A stretch of DNA of 64,000 nucleotides, taken from contig QQVO01000013.1 in assembly GCA_003388505.1 (NCBI GenBank), positions 134,896-198,895 on the forward strand. The letters are read 5' to 3'. The notes under the pieces are model-generated. The model was not told the origin of the DNA and ran no database searches. It saw nothing but the letters and a program-made list of their open reading frames with translations. This document shows, one piece after another, positions 1-8,417 of this stretch (positions are counted from its first letter, which is position 1; every line of letters starts with the position of its first letter). Origin of the DNA: Planctomycetota bacterium (GTDB lineage: Bacteria; Planctomycetota; Planctomycetia; Planctomycetales; Planctomycetaceae). The position numbers and the translations under genes were made by a program.

Positions 1-660
1 CGGGATGTACATGTCCCGGTTGAATTCGCGGCCTTCCAGGCTGCCGCCGATGGACGCCGACGGCAAACGCGACTTTGTGACGCCGACCACGGTGAACAGG
101 CCCGAGGTCATGTTGAAGTGCACCTGCACGGCATGACCGAGAGGGTCTTCGTGACCGAACAGCGCCGACGCCGCCTCCGGTCCGAGAACGCAGACATTCT
201 CGGCCCGCTCCATGTCGGCTTCTTCCAGGAAACGTCCGCGGGCGATTTCGAGGTGGTTGATTTCCTGGTAATCCGGCGTCACTCCCAGCAGTTGGATTGC
301 TGATTCGCGGCCTCTGTACCAGGCCGACGTCTTGATCTCCCTCATCGGGACGGCCCGCTTGACCTCACTCACCAACTCCAAAATGTTGGCGTAATCGCGA
401 CGCGTCAATCCGTAGGCGACGACGAAGTCGCTGTCGGACGCGGACATCTGTCGCGGTTTGACGCTCTTGATGATGATGTTCGTAGCGCCCAGATCTTTAA
501 TCTGCTGCTGTGCCTGATAGCTCACCCCTTCGCCCAGCGCCACGAGCCAGATCACAGCCGTCACGCCGATGAGAATGCCCAGCATCGCCAGAGCGGTCCG
601 CAGCTTGTGCAGCAGCAGACTTTTCACGCCCAGCCTGAGAGTGCGCAGCAGATAGGCGAT
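1..660 (-). CDS. ABC transporter permease, MacB/DevC-like (FtsX family), N-terminal part; 3' end lies beyond the window start
   Basis: Minus-strand translation of 660->1 gives ...LRTLRLGVKSLLLHKLRTALAMLGILIGVTAVIWLVALGEGVSYQAQQQIKDLGATNIIIKSVKPRQ...VLGPEAASALFGHEDPLGHAVQVHFNMTSGLFTVVGV... This is the typical MacB N-terminal TM1 motif (NKLRS-like HKLRT, LGIxIGV) followed by the periplasmic domain. There is no in-frame stop as far as position 1. The start codon is ambiguous: an in-frame ATG at 585 lies inside TM1, so a non-ATG start near 650-660 is likely. It overlaps the stop of the HlyD gene. Confidence 0.75.
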   Translation of the reverse strand, partial: MAYLLRTLRLGVKSLLLHKLRTALAMLGILIGVTAVIWLVALGEGVSYQAQQQIKDLGATNIIIKSVKPRQMSASDSDFVVAYGLTRRDYANILELVSEVKRAVPMREIKTSAWYRGRESAIQLLGVTPDYQEINHLEIARGRFLEEADMERAENVCVLGPEAASALFGHEDPLGHAVQVHFNMTSGLFTVVGVTKSRLPSASIGGSLEGREFNRDMYIP

Positions 661-2216
661 CACGGCTCGGTTCCGGACCCTGCTGCGTTGTCTGGCCGGT
701 CTCCTCCGCTCGCGGGGGGCGGTGAGTTTGCCGCGTCCCCCTCCGCCGCCGGATCTTGCGAGTCAGTGCTCGCCGCCGGATCGGCGGATGATTCCTCGGT
801 CGGCGAGGAGGCGAGCGCCTCGGGCACTGCGGCGCGGGGGTTGCGAATCACGACGTCCCCTTCTTTCACGCCGTCCTTGATCTCGATGTAGGTATCGTTC
901 GTTCGGCCGAGGATCAGCGGCCGCTCCTGCGGTCCATCGTCCGTCGCGACATAACAGACGAATCCCGAGCGTTTTTCCACAACCGCTGTGACCGGCAATG
1001 TCACGACGTCTTTGAGTTCACAGATCAGCAACTCCACTTCGGCCGTCATTCCAGGACGCAAATCCGAGAACACCCCCTCGATTGAGACAATGGTCGGATA
1101 CTCCTTCACGTTGGCGGAGAACCAACTGTTCGGTTCGGGCTGATTCGCAATGCTGACAACCGACCCGTCGAACTCCTGCCCCAGCACGATGACGCGCGCC
1201 GGCAGGCCCGGCTGAATCTGGTTCACTTTCGACTCGTGAACGGTGGTCTTCACCTGCATTCGCGAGAGGTCGGGAAGCCGCAGAATGGTCTGCCGCTCCC
1301 GCACGAGCGCTCCCTCCTCGATCGCCGGCTCGCTCGATCGCCCGCGGCCGCTCAGGTCATTCGCGTAGACGACCATTCCCGGCTGTGGGGCGTAGATCAC
1401 GGCGCGCTCGATCTGCTTCTCCAGCGAATTGAGATGGGACAGCTCATTTTCGTAGGTTGCGACGTCGGCGACGACTTGCGCCTTAGCCGCCTCGACCGCC
1501 GCTTCCAGTTCTCCCACCATCTTGTCGTAAGTGAACTCCTCAAGCACCTGCAGCGCCAGTTCGGCCGTCTTGAGATCAAGTTCGGACCGCTTGACCGCGA
1601 ACTCGTCCGCTTCGAGTTGTTTGGGCGTGGCGAATCCCTTCCGCACCATCCGGCGCGTGAACTCCACCGTGCTCTGGGCGGAACTGAGATTCTGCTGGGC
1701 GATCTGAATCTGAGCTTCCGCCGTCTGCTTCTCCTGGATGAACGTGCCCATTTTGTATTCCAGAACCGCCTTCTCGGCGGCTGACTGGTTCTGTTCGGCC
1801 TGGATTTTGGCCGCCAGCGCTTTGGCCGTCACGCTCTTCTGCAGGTTGTACTGGTCGGTGAGCGCCGAGGTGTCGAGTTCGACCAGCTTTTCGCCTTCTT
1901 TGACGACCTTCCCGTCCTCGACCAGCCACAGAATCGTGCCGCCCCCTTCCAGTTCGCACTTGATGTCGACGTTGGCGGCGCTTTCGAGAGTTCCGTCGTC
2001 GGTGACGGTGATCTGCAGGTCGTTCCGCGAGACAGTATGGTACAGCACTCCCTGATCCGCTGCAGAATCGGACCCCATCGCCCGCACGATCCACCATGTC
2101 GCTAACGCCGCGGTCCCGACGACGAACGCCGTAATCAGGAGGCCGGCCGACGACCTTCCAGAACGGGTGGGCGGCGGTGCAGCGAGAGCGGATTGTGGCG
2201 CGTTTGTGAATGGCAT
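660..2216 (-). CDS. HlyD-family efflux periplasmic adaptor (membrane fusion protein)
   Basis: 518 aa starting MPFTNAPQSALAAPPP with an ATG at 2216 and a GGGAGAA RBS. It has an N-terminal TM anchor, a long coiled-coil region (LQKSVTAKALAAKIQAEQNQ...), and C-terminal beta-barrel/lipoyl-like segments (YANDLSGRGRSSEPAIEEGALVRERQTILRLPD). It lies between the OMF and the permease on the same strand. Confidence 0.8.
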   Translation of the reverse strand: MPFTNAPQSALAAPPPTRSGRSSAGLLITAFVVGTAALATWWIVRAMGSDSAADQGVLYHTVSRNDLQITVTDDGTLESAANVDIKCELEGGGTILWLVEDGKVVKEGEKLVELDTSALTDQYNLQKSVTAKALAAKIQAEQNQSAAEKAVLEYKMGTFIQEKQTAEAQIQIAQQNLSSAQSTVEFTRRMVRKGFATPKQLEADEFAVKRSELDLKTAELALQVLEEFTYDKMVGELEAAVEAAKAQVVADVATYENELSHLNSLEKQIERAVIYAPQPGMVVYANDLSGRGRSSEPAIEEGALVRERQTILRLPDLSRMQVKTTVHESKVNQIQPGLPARVIVLGQEFDGSVVSIANQPEPNSWFSANVKEYPTIVSIEGVFSDLRPGMTAEVELLICELKDVVTLPVTAVVEKRSGFVCYVATDDGPQERPLILGRTNDTYIEIKDGVKEGDVVIRNPRAAVPEALASSPTEESSADPAASTDSQDPAAEGDAANSPPPASGGDRPDNAAGSGTEP

Positions 2217-2477
2217 GTTTTCTCCCTTTCGGTCCCTTGGACCGTGTGGTGCGGAGCGAACCCTGTCGGCGGCTGAGCGACAGACACGCACGCAAACCGT
2301 CCTCTCAACTCTCTTCGGACGCCGTGCGGAGTGCTCAGGAAGAATGCCCCCGCTTCCCATTCTAACCGCGTCAATCCGCACGGGCAGCGTGAAAACCCGG
2401 CGAATCTGCGAAAGCGGGCAATCGCTGGGCGCGGCTTGAAGCTCAAACGGCGCGGGCCGACGGGCGGGGAACGCGGC

Positions 2478-5324
2478 TCAGTTGGTCCGCGCCCGCGAAC
2501 GCAGGGCGCCGCCGATGCGGTCGAGCGGCAGAGAGTCGTCCACGTCTGTGCGGCCCTCGAGCCGAGAGTCCTGCCGGGGCAACGGCTCTGCGGACGCCGG
2601 AACCTGGACCTTCCCGGGCGGTCTGTGGGGCTCTTCGATGATCCCGGTCCGGCTCTCTGCGGGGAATCCGTTCAGGAAGACGCGAGATTCCCCGTCTGCC
2701 GAATCCGAGGTTCGAGCGTTCGCCATCGGCGTCAGGGTCGGCCCGTCCTCTTCCAGCCACGCCGGCGGAACGGGCGGTGGCAAGGGGGTGCCTTCAACCG
2801 GGACGGGGTCAGAAATCAACAGGGGAACGTCAATCCACAGACCGTGATCGTCCAGTTGCATCATTCCGAGTTCACGATACAGCAACATCCGGGTGCTGTA
2901 GTGGTTGAGCCACACGCTCATCAGGTTGTTCTGAGCGCTCCGCAGGTCGGACAGAGCGAACAGGAGATTCTGAGCGGCCGTGGGCCCCAGAACGTTCGGC
3001 GGCTCTCCCGGTTGCGGCGGCGCGACCGGTCGATTGAGCGCCTCGCGCGTCTGATCCACGCGCCGGATCGCAATCGCGACAGCGCGTCGCTGAATCTCCA
3101 GATTGATGCTCAGTTGGTCGAGATTCCGCAGCAGATTGCGAAGGGTCTGATGAACGCTGTCCTCGAACTGAATGAGTTGCCGCCGCGACTGCTGATAGTC
3201 GATCAACTGCTGACGAAAGTTGTTTCGCTCGACGAGCCGCGTGAGAGGCGGGTCGAACTCCACCGCAGCCCTGAGAGAGTTGCCGTTTTCGTCGAAACCG
3301 AACGGCCGGTTGACCGTTGTGACCGAATCGCCGTCAACGCGAATCGTGAGGTTCGACTTGAGCGCGTTGGCGTTGAACTCAATCAGCCGCCAGGTGTCGA
3401 CAAGCGACGCCCGGTTGTTCATCCAATCCAGGCGGTTGGCCCGCGCGATCTCGAGTGCGAATTGCGGCGAGAGGTCGATTGGTTCCACGACGATCCGTTC
3501 GACCCGCGCACGGGCCTGTACAAGTCCCACGTCGTTCGCGATCCCCTGCAACTCGGCGATCAGTTCCACAATCTGGTTTGCGGCCGTCTCGTCCGGTTCG
3601 GCCTCGCGCAATGCTTCCACGTCCGGCTTGGTCAGCAGGAAGCGGTTCTCAAGATCCGCCAGCGACTCCCGCAATCGTTCGCGGTCTCGATCAAACAGCG
3701 ATTGTTCTTCCGGTTCCATCGTCCGCTTTCGCTGATCGCTCACAGCGTCCAGCGCGTCGAGTTCGGGCGGCGTGGCGTCCAGAAGCCCTCCGATCTCCTC
3801 GCGAACTGCGATGATTGCGTCGAGAGTGGTTGAGAGATCCTCACTCGACAGTTCCTCCGGCAGGTCGCCGAATTCGCTGAGAATGGCCGCGAGTTCCGAC
3901 TGAATGTCGCTCACGTCCTGTCCCAGCAGCCGAAACGGCTGGATGAAGGAGTCATCCAGTTCGACGGGCAAGTCCGGCGGCAGCCCGAGCGTGCCGCTCT
4001 TGAAGGAATCCAGCGACGACTGCAGGCTGTTTCGCGCCTGGAGCAATGTGGCGCGTTCGGTTTCGATGTTCTGGCGAAACTGGTCGACCTGCGCGATGTC
4101 GATCAGGCCGGCGTCCAGATTGGCTTCCAGCAGCGCGAGCGTGCGCAGTTGCGCCGTCAGGCTTTCTTCGGAGTTGCGAATCTGCTGCAACTGTTGCAGC
4201 AGTCCGATGAATCCACCGACCGTGCCCGCCCCTCCGCCGGCAAACCCCGCGCCTCCTCCTCCTCCGCCGCCACCGCCGAAGAATCCACGGCCGAATCCGG
4301 CCGCCGAACCGACACCGGCGAATCCGCCGCTTCCCAATCCGGTGAAACCGGTGAAGCCGGCGCCGAAGAAGCCGCCGCGCCGCTGCGGTCCGCCGACATT
4401 GCCCTCCCCGATCGCGACATCGGTGTAAAAGCCGTGCCGGTATCTTTCAAACGCGCGGAGGTTGGCCAGCAGCACACGCTCGCTGAGCGTCAGTTGCTCG
4501 AGTCCGACGGCTCGTCCGCCGGCGCGAAGCAGCGGCTGCACAAAACTGAAATTCAGAATCGACGTGGTGATGTGGCTGTCCGTCCCGGTGAACTCCCAAA
4601 TCGTGGTGTTCGCGAACCCGACCAGCAGTTCTGCCGCGCTCGCCAGGCTTCGTCCGGCCGCCGCCGTCGCGCTCGCTGGAGGCGAACCGGCGGTGGCCAA
4701 CCGGTCGTCCAGATTCGCAGACGTGTCCCAGACGAGTCGATTCTGCTCACCTCCCGGCCGCTTGCGCCCCAGGTGCTCATACGCCAGAGTGGTGCCGGCG
4801 AAAAACTGTGTGTCGAAGCGAAAACGTTCCGTGCTCACGTCCAGCGCGGAGAGATAAATCGTCTCGAGTTGTTCCTGGTAGTCCGGCGAATTGATTCGCG
4901 CAATGCGGACGGAGTCTTCGAGGCGCAGCACGAGCTTGCCGTCGGGAGTCACCTCGGCGTAGCGCCCCAGACACTGCCGCCAGAAGGGGCTCTCCAAGTC
5001 GTGTACGTGGCCGTAGTCGTCCCAGCCGGAGTACCCCTTCTTGCCGTCGACCCATCTCATCAACTGGTGCGACGCCGGATCGTCGGGAGGCATCGGCGGG
5101 AAGTCCGGATCGTGGACGTTGGCGTATCGGCTGCGGGGGTCGACCTCGATCGTGAAGTCCCTGAGATCCCAACGCGGGTCGTTCGATTTCTCAAGGACCA
5201 GAACGGCGACTTCTTCATCCGCGCGGCGTCGATAGAACGTGCGGTTGCAGCCGCTGGTTGCCGTCAGCAGAATTGCCGCGACAAGGGGCGCTCCAATCAG
5301 GCAGCGCATCGCGGCAGGTGTCAT
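2478..5324 (-). CDS. TolC-like outer membrane efflux protein (OMF) with a Gly-rich insert; probable lipoprotein
   Basis: 948 aa. It has a signal peptide with a lipobox (LLTATSGC), a GAGGGG RBS before the ATG at 5324, OMF-like helical repeats (LTLSERVLLANLRAFERYRHGF; LLQQLQQIRNSEESLTAQLRTLALLEANL; RATLLQARNSLQSSLDSFK), and a poly-Gly tract. It is co-oriented immediately upstream of the HlyD and MacB-like genes. Confidence 0.55.
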   Translation of the reverse strand: MTPAAMRCLIGAPLVAAILLTATSGCNRTFYRRRADEEVAVLVLEKSNDPRWDLRDFTIEVDPRSRYANVHDPDFPPMPPDDPASHQLMRWVDGKKGYSGWDDYGHVHDLESPFWRQCLGRYAEVTPDGKLVLRLEDSVRIARINSPDYQEQLETIYLSALDVSTERFRFDTQFFAGTTLAYEHLGRKRPGGEQNRLVWDTSANLDDRLATAGSPPASATAAAGRSLASAAELLVGFANTTIWEFTGTDSHITTSILNFSFVQPLLRAGGRAVGLEQLTLSERVLLANLRAFERYRHGFYTDVAIGEGNVGGPQRRGGFFGAGFTGFTGLGSGGFAGVGSAAGFGRGFFGGGGGGGGGAGFAGGGAGTVGGFIGLLQQLQQIRNSEESLTAQLRTLALLEANLDAGLIDIAQVDQFRQNIETERATLLQARNSLQSSLDSFKSGTLGLPPDLPVELDDSFIQPFRLLGQDVSDIQSELAAILSEFGDLPEELSSEDLSTTLDAIIAVREEIGGLLDATPPELDALDAVSDQRKRTMEPEEQSLFDRDRERLRESLADLENRFLLTKPDVEALREAEPDETAANQIVELIAELQGIANDVGLVQARARVERIVVEPIDLSPQFALEIARANRLDWMNNRASLVDTWRLIEFNANALKSNLTIRVDGDSVTTVNRPFGFDENGNSLRAAVEFDPPLTRLVERNNFRQQLIDYQQSRRQLIQFEDSVHQTLRNLLRNLDQLSINLEIQRRAVAIAIRRVDQTREALNRPVAPPQPGEPPNVLGPTAAQNLLFALSDLRSAQNNLMSVWLNHYSTRMLLYRELGMMQLDDHGLWIDVPLLISDPVPVEGTPLPPPVPPAWLEEDGPTLTPMANARTSDSADGESRVFLNGFPAESRTGIIEEPHRPPGKVQVPASAEPLPRQDSRLEGRTDVDDSLPLDRIGGALRSRARTN

Positions 5325-5542
5325 GGAATCGCCCCTCTCGCGGAAACAGAACGCCCCTCCAGGTGCCGGAGAGTTTCACCTCGCGCAGCGTCTCGATCGC
5401 GCGTACGGCCGGCGCGGGGTTCCGACCTCTCTCATTTCGTCGAAACGGGCTGTCAAACTTTAGCGATTGCACCGGTTATGCCGACCAAGTGAAAGACTGC
5501 CGGCGTCGAACGCGATCCCGGTTTCGACGCCCTGGCGCACAT

Positions 5543-5572
5543 TGACAGCGCAAAGACGACGCCGGTAGACTC
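5543..5572 (+). promoter_or_regulatory. candidate sigma70-like promoter for rnc (TTGACA, 18-bp spacer, TAGACT)
   Basis: TTGACA at 5543-5548 and TAGACT at 5567-5572, about 115 nt upstream of the rnc ATG. A 9-bp stem hairpin (GGCGTCGAA...TTCGACGCC) sits just upstream at about 5497-5527. Consensus by eye only; planctomycete promoters are poorly defined. Confidence 0.2.
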
Positions 5573-5688
5573 GATCTGCCGGCAACGCCCGCTCCTTTGC
5601 TGCCCGGAGACTCGTGCGGAAAACCACACCGCCGGCCCGCCATCGTGCATTTCTCGACCGACAATCATCGCGATCGGCCGATTTTCCG

Positions 5689-6426
5689 ATGCCCACCATT
5701 CGTCACTCGCTGCCTACGGAACTCACTGAGGATCTGCTCTCTGCCTGCGAGCAGGCCCTTCAGTACGAGTTCACGAACCGGCAGCTTCTGCGGCGGGCCC
5801 TCACCCACGCCTCGGCCGCCCGCACCCGATTGGAGTCCAACGAGCGGCTCGAGTTTCTGGGCGACTCGCTCCTCGGCGCAATCGTCTGTAACGAACTGTT
5901 CGAGAAATACCCCGGCAGCCCGGAAGGGGAGTTGACGCGGGTCAAGTCGGTCGTCGTCAGCAGAGCGACATGCTGTCGGCTGGCGGATCGTCTTGGACTG
6001 CAGAACTATCTGCTGGCGGGGCGCGGCATCACGATTCAGAACCACGTTCCCGATTCGGTCCTGGCGGCGCAGTTCGAGGCGCTCGTCGCGGCGATTTTTC
6101 TCGATGGCGGTTTCTCCGCAGCGACGGAGTTCGTGTTGCGCGAAGTGCAGGGTGAGATCGAACGCGCTTCGGAGTCGGCGACCGGCGTGAATTACAAGAG
6201 TCTGCTCCAGCACTTCGGACAGCGCGACTCAGGCGAAGCGCCCCGCTACGTCGTGCTCGATGAACAGGGCCCCGACCACTCCAAGTGCTTCAAGATTTCC
6301 GCAGTCGTTGCGGGACGACGGTACTCCGCCGCTTGGGGGCCGAGCAAGAAAGAAGCGGAACAGCGGGCTGCGGAGAATGCACTCGCAGAACTTCAAGGGG
6401 AATCGGCGCCGCACGAAACCGAGTAG
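5689..6426 (+). CDS. rnc: ribonuclease III
   Basis: It carries the RNase III signature [12 protein letters not shown], the catalytic-domain helices, and a C-terminal dsRBD ([66 protein letters not shown]). The start is chosen at MPTIRHSL (ATG 5689); an alternative upstream ATG lies at 5614. Confidence 0.85.
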   Translation: MPTIRHSLPTELTEDLLSACEQALQYEFTNRQLLRRALTHASAARTRLESNERLEFLGDSLLGAIVCNELFEKYPGSPEGELTRVKSVVVSRATCCRLADRLGLQNYLLAGRGITIQNHVPDSVLAAQFEALVAAIFLDGGFSAATEFVLREVQGEIERASESATGVNYKSLLQHFGQRDSGEAPRYVVLDEQGPDHSKCFKISAVVAGRRYSAAWGPSKKEAEQRAAENALAELQGESAPHETE

Positions 6427-6457
6427 TGGTCCGTCGATTCAGATGGTCGGGGTTGAG

Positions 6458-6540
6458 GGGTTCTCACGGGAGCACGAATCCCGCACGGTTTCGTGCGGAT
6501 CTGCGATCCAGCCAACCCCAGGAAACAGCCCTGACAGGGG
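6458..6540. repeat. short structured intergenic repeat, family 2, copy 1 (hairpin CCGCACGGTTTCGTGCGG plus CCCTGACAGGG box)
   Basis: GGTTCTCACGGGAGCACGAATCCCGCACGGTTTCGTGCGG...GAAACAGCCCTGACAGGGGG recurs at 24496-24563 and 24634-24713 with 1-3 substitutions in the core. Confidence 0.4.
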
Positions 6541-6560
6541 GTCGCGGCCGCGTTCCTGTC

Positions 6561-6600
6561 TGTCAAAACGAAGAAGCGGCCGCTGGGAGGCGACCGCTTC
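6561..6600 (-). terminator. rho-independent terminator after the lysine-rich micro-ORF (also sits 3' of rnc)
   Basis: The hairpin GAAGCGGCCGC-TGGGAG-GCGACCGCTTC spans 6573-6600. On the minus strand it is followed by UUCGUUUUGAC. On the plus strand the tail after it is weak. Confidence 0.5.
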
Positions 6601-6640
6601 TACGCGTTGTTGCAAACCTCTTTGACGAGGTTCAGACCGC

Positions 6641-6717
6641 TACTTCTTCTTCGCGGCCTTCTTCTTGGTGGCTTTCTTTTTGGTTGCCTTCTTTTTGGTT
6701 GCCTTCTTCTTCGCCAT
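6641..6717 (-). CDS. 25-aa lysine-rich micro-protein MAKKKATKKKATKKKATKKKAAKKK
   Basis: AAGGAGA RBS with 7-nt spacing to the ATG at 6717 (an alternative MEM start lies at 6723). The TAG stop at 6643-6641 is followed immediately by the terminator. The coding region has a 12-nt periodic repeat, and the local GC content drops well below the window average. Confidence 0.4.
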
Positions 6718-7125
6718 TTCCATTCTCCTTCCAAGTTGCCCTGTGGTGTCGCGCCGCGGCTACCGGGCTCAAAACGGCATCAGCACCACGAACCTCGATT
6801 CCATTCCGGCTCGCCAACCTTGACGTGCCGCGTGTTGAACCGCGACTTCGTTGATGAGCGGTCTGATTGAAAGCGAACACTCACCTTCAAGGACATCTCA
6901 TTCAACTCACTTCGAGAGTCAACACTCAATTGTGCAACATGTTAGACAAATGGATGACACATGCAAGCGCATTTCGTTCTCTGCAACGCATTTCAGAAAA
7001 GAAGAAATCACGCCCCGAAGTGCCGCGCGCGACGATCAACCGGCAGTCACGGCGAACATCAGAGGCATCGCATCCCAACCGCACCGGCTGGCGGACGCGC
7101 CGATGATTGACGACGTCGCACCACG

Positions 7126-7953
7126 TCACGACTCGGTGATCTCGGCCAGCGTTGCATTGAGATACTGCAGGCTCTCGCGCGCGATGAGTTCGCATCCCGG
7201 TTTGTAGTCGAAGACTTCGACCGAGACCCAACCGTCGTAGTTGACATCGAGCAGCGCTTGGAGGATTGGCTTGTAGTCGGTCTCTCCCATTCCCGGCCCG
7301 AGAAGATTGCTGTCGTTGACGTGGAAGTGCTTCGTCAACGATGCGTACTCGTGAATGAGTTCCGGGATCGATACCGACTCCGTCAGCATCGCCTTCACGT
7401 CCTGGTGCAACGCGAAGTTCGGATGATCCACCCGCTCGATCAACTGCTTCGCTTCCGCACAGGACGTGATGAAGTTCGTCTCGGCAGTCGTCAGCGGCTC
7501 CATGCAGATCGTCGCGCCGCGCTCCGCAATGCGAGGCAGCGCAGCGCGGAAGATTTCGGAAGCGAAATCCAGTCCCTGCTCGAAAGTCACTCCTTCGCCC
7601 AGATTCCGCTGGAACGGCGACCCGAACACCAGCACCGTTCCGCCGAGGTCTCCGCACAGTTCGCCCAGTTCGACGAGATATTCCGCCGTCGCCTTTCGCA
7701 CGGCAGGATCGACCGAAGTCAGGTGCAGGCCTTCGGTTTTGGCGAGCAGCCAGTGCAACCCGATGACCTCCAGACCGCTTTCCTCGGCGGTGCGGCGCAT
7801 CGATTTTCGTTGCTCTGCGGAGATTTCCCGCGGATGACTCGCGAAGGCAAACGGCGCGAGTTCGACGCCGGTGTAGCCGGTCTCGTGAATGAAACGGCAC
7901 TGACGTTCCCAGTCCCAGTCTTCAAAGAGTTCCTGACAGATCGCGAATTTCAT
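7126..7953 (-). CDS. sugar phosphate isomerase/epimerase (xylose isomerase-like TIM barrel)
   Basis: 275 aa starting MKFAICQELFEDWDWERQ. The typical AP-endonuclease-2/xylose-isomerase-like TIM motifs are present (GYTGVELAPF, HWLLAKTEG, ICMEPL, HVNDSN, DGWVSVEVFD). Confidence 0.8.
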   Translation of the reverse strand: MKFAICQELFEDWDWERQCRFIHETGYTGVELAPFAFASHPREISAEQRKSMRRTAEESGLEVIGLHWLLAKTEGLHLTSVDPAVRKATAEYLVELGELCGDLGGTVLVFGSPFQRNLGEGVTFEQGLDFASEIFRAALPRIAERGATICMEPLTTAETNFITSCAEAKQLIERVDHPNFALHQDVKAMLTESVSIPELIHEYASLTKHFHVNDSNLLGPGMGETDYKPILQALLDVNYDGWVSVEVFDYKPGCELIARESLQYLNATLAEITES

Positions 7954-8355
7954 GGATGGCCATTCGGTTAGCGGTGAAAGGTTGCACTCATGGCTTTGCG
8001 GGTGCGGATCTCGTGGCTCTCACAGCGGAAACTTGAACAAAAATCGACAAAGCCGATCAGCTTGCCCAATTTGGCTGCGGAGAGGGGGGTGGTGATGACG
8101 AAACTTTGAGGGATGTTCCAAGGATACCAACCGCGCCCGTCGGGTGGGAGCGCAGCGGTCGCCGCGCGTCCGTTCGGTTGGATGTCGTCCGCATGCTGGT
8201 CCGATGCTGAATGTCAGGCGCATGACAAACGTGCACAACCTGCGAGCGCTGCGAACTGATCCGGTTGTACCGGGGCCTCCCCCTTGAACGGGAAGATAAG
8301 CCAGTGGGCCGCGCGAGCTTGGTTGAAGTAGGCAGACTTTGACGGCCGACCAAAT

Positions 8356-8401
8356 GATCAACGGGTCATTGAATGCCCCGTCACAGTTTGAGCCGTTGAT
8401 C
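8356..8401 (+). promoter_or_regulatory. nested inverted repeat in the leader of the YTV gene (GATCAACGG...CCGTTGATC with inner ACGGG...CCCGT)
   Basis: It ends 17 nt before the ATG and adjoins the GAGGA RBS. It could be an operator, attenuator or leader hairpin. Confidence 0.25.
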
Positions 8402-8417
8402 TCAGAGGACCGAAGCC

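Noticed and set aside
1236-5492. Long plus-strand ORFs (1236-1784, 2331-3833, 3220-3735, 4149-5492, and others) overlapping the efflux genes
   Set aside because: They are antisense to well-supported HlyD and OMF genes. Their Arg/Pro/Gly-rich low-complexity translations are typical of high-GC shadow ORFs. They have no RBS or recognisable domains.
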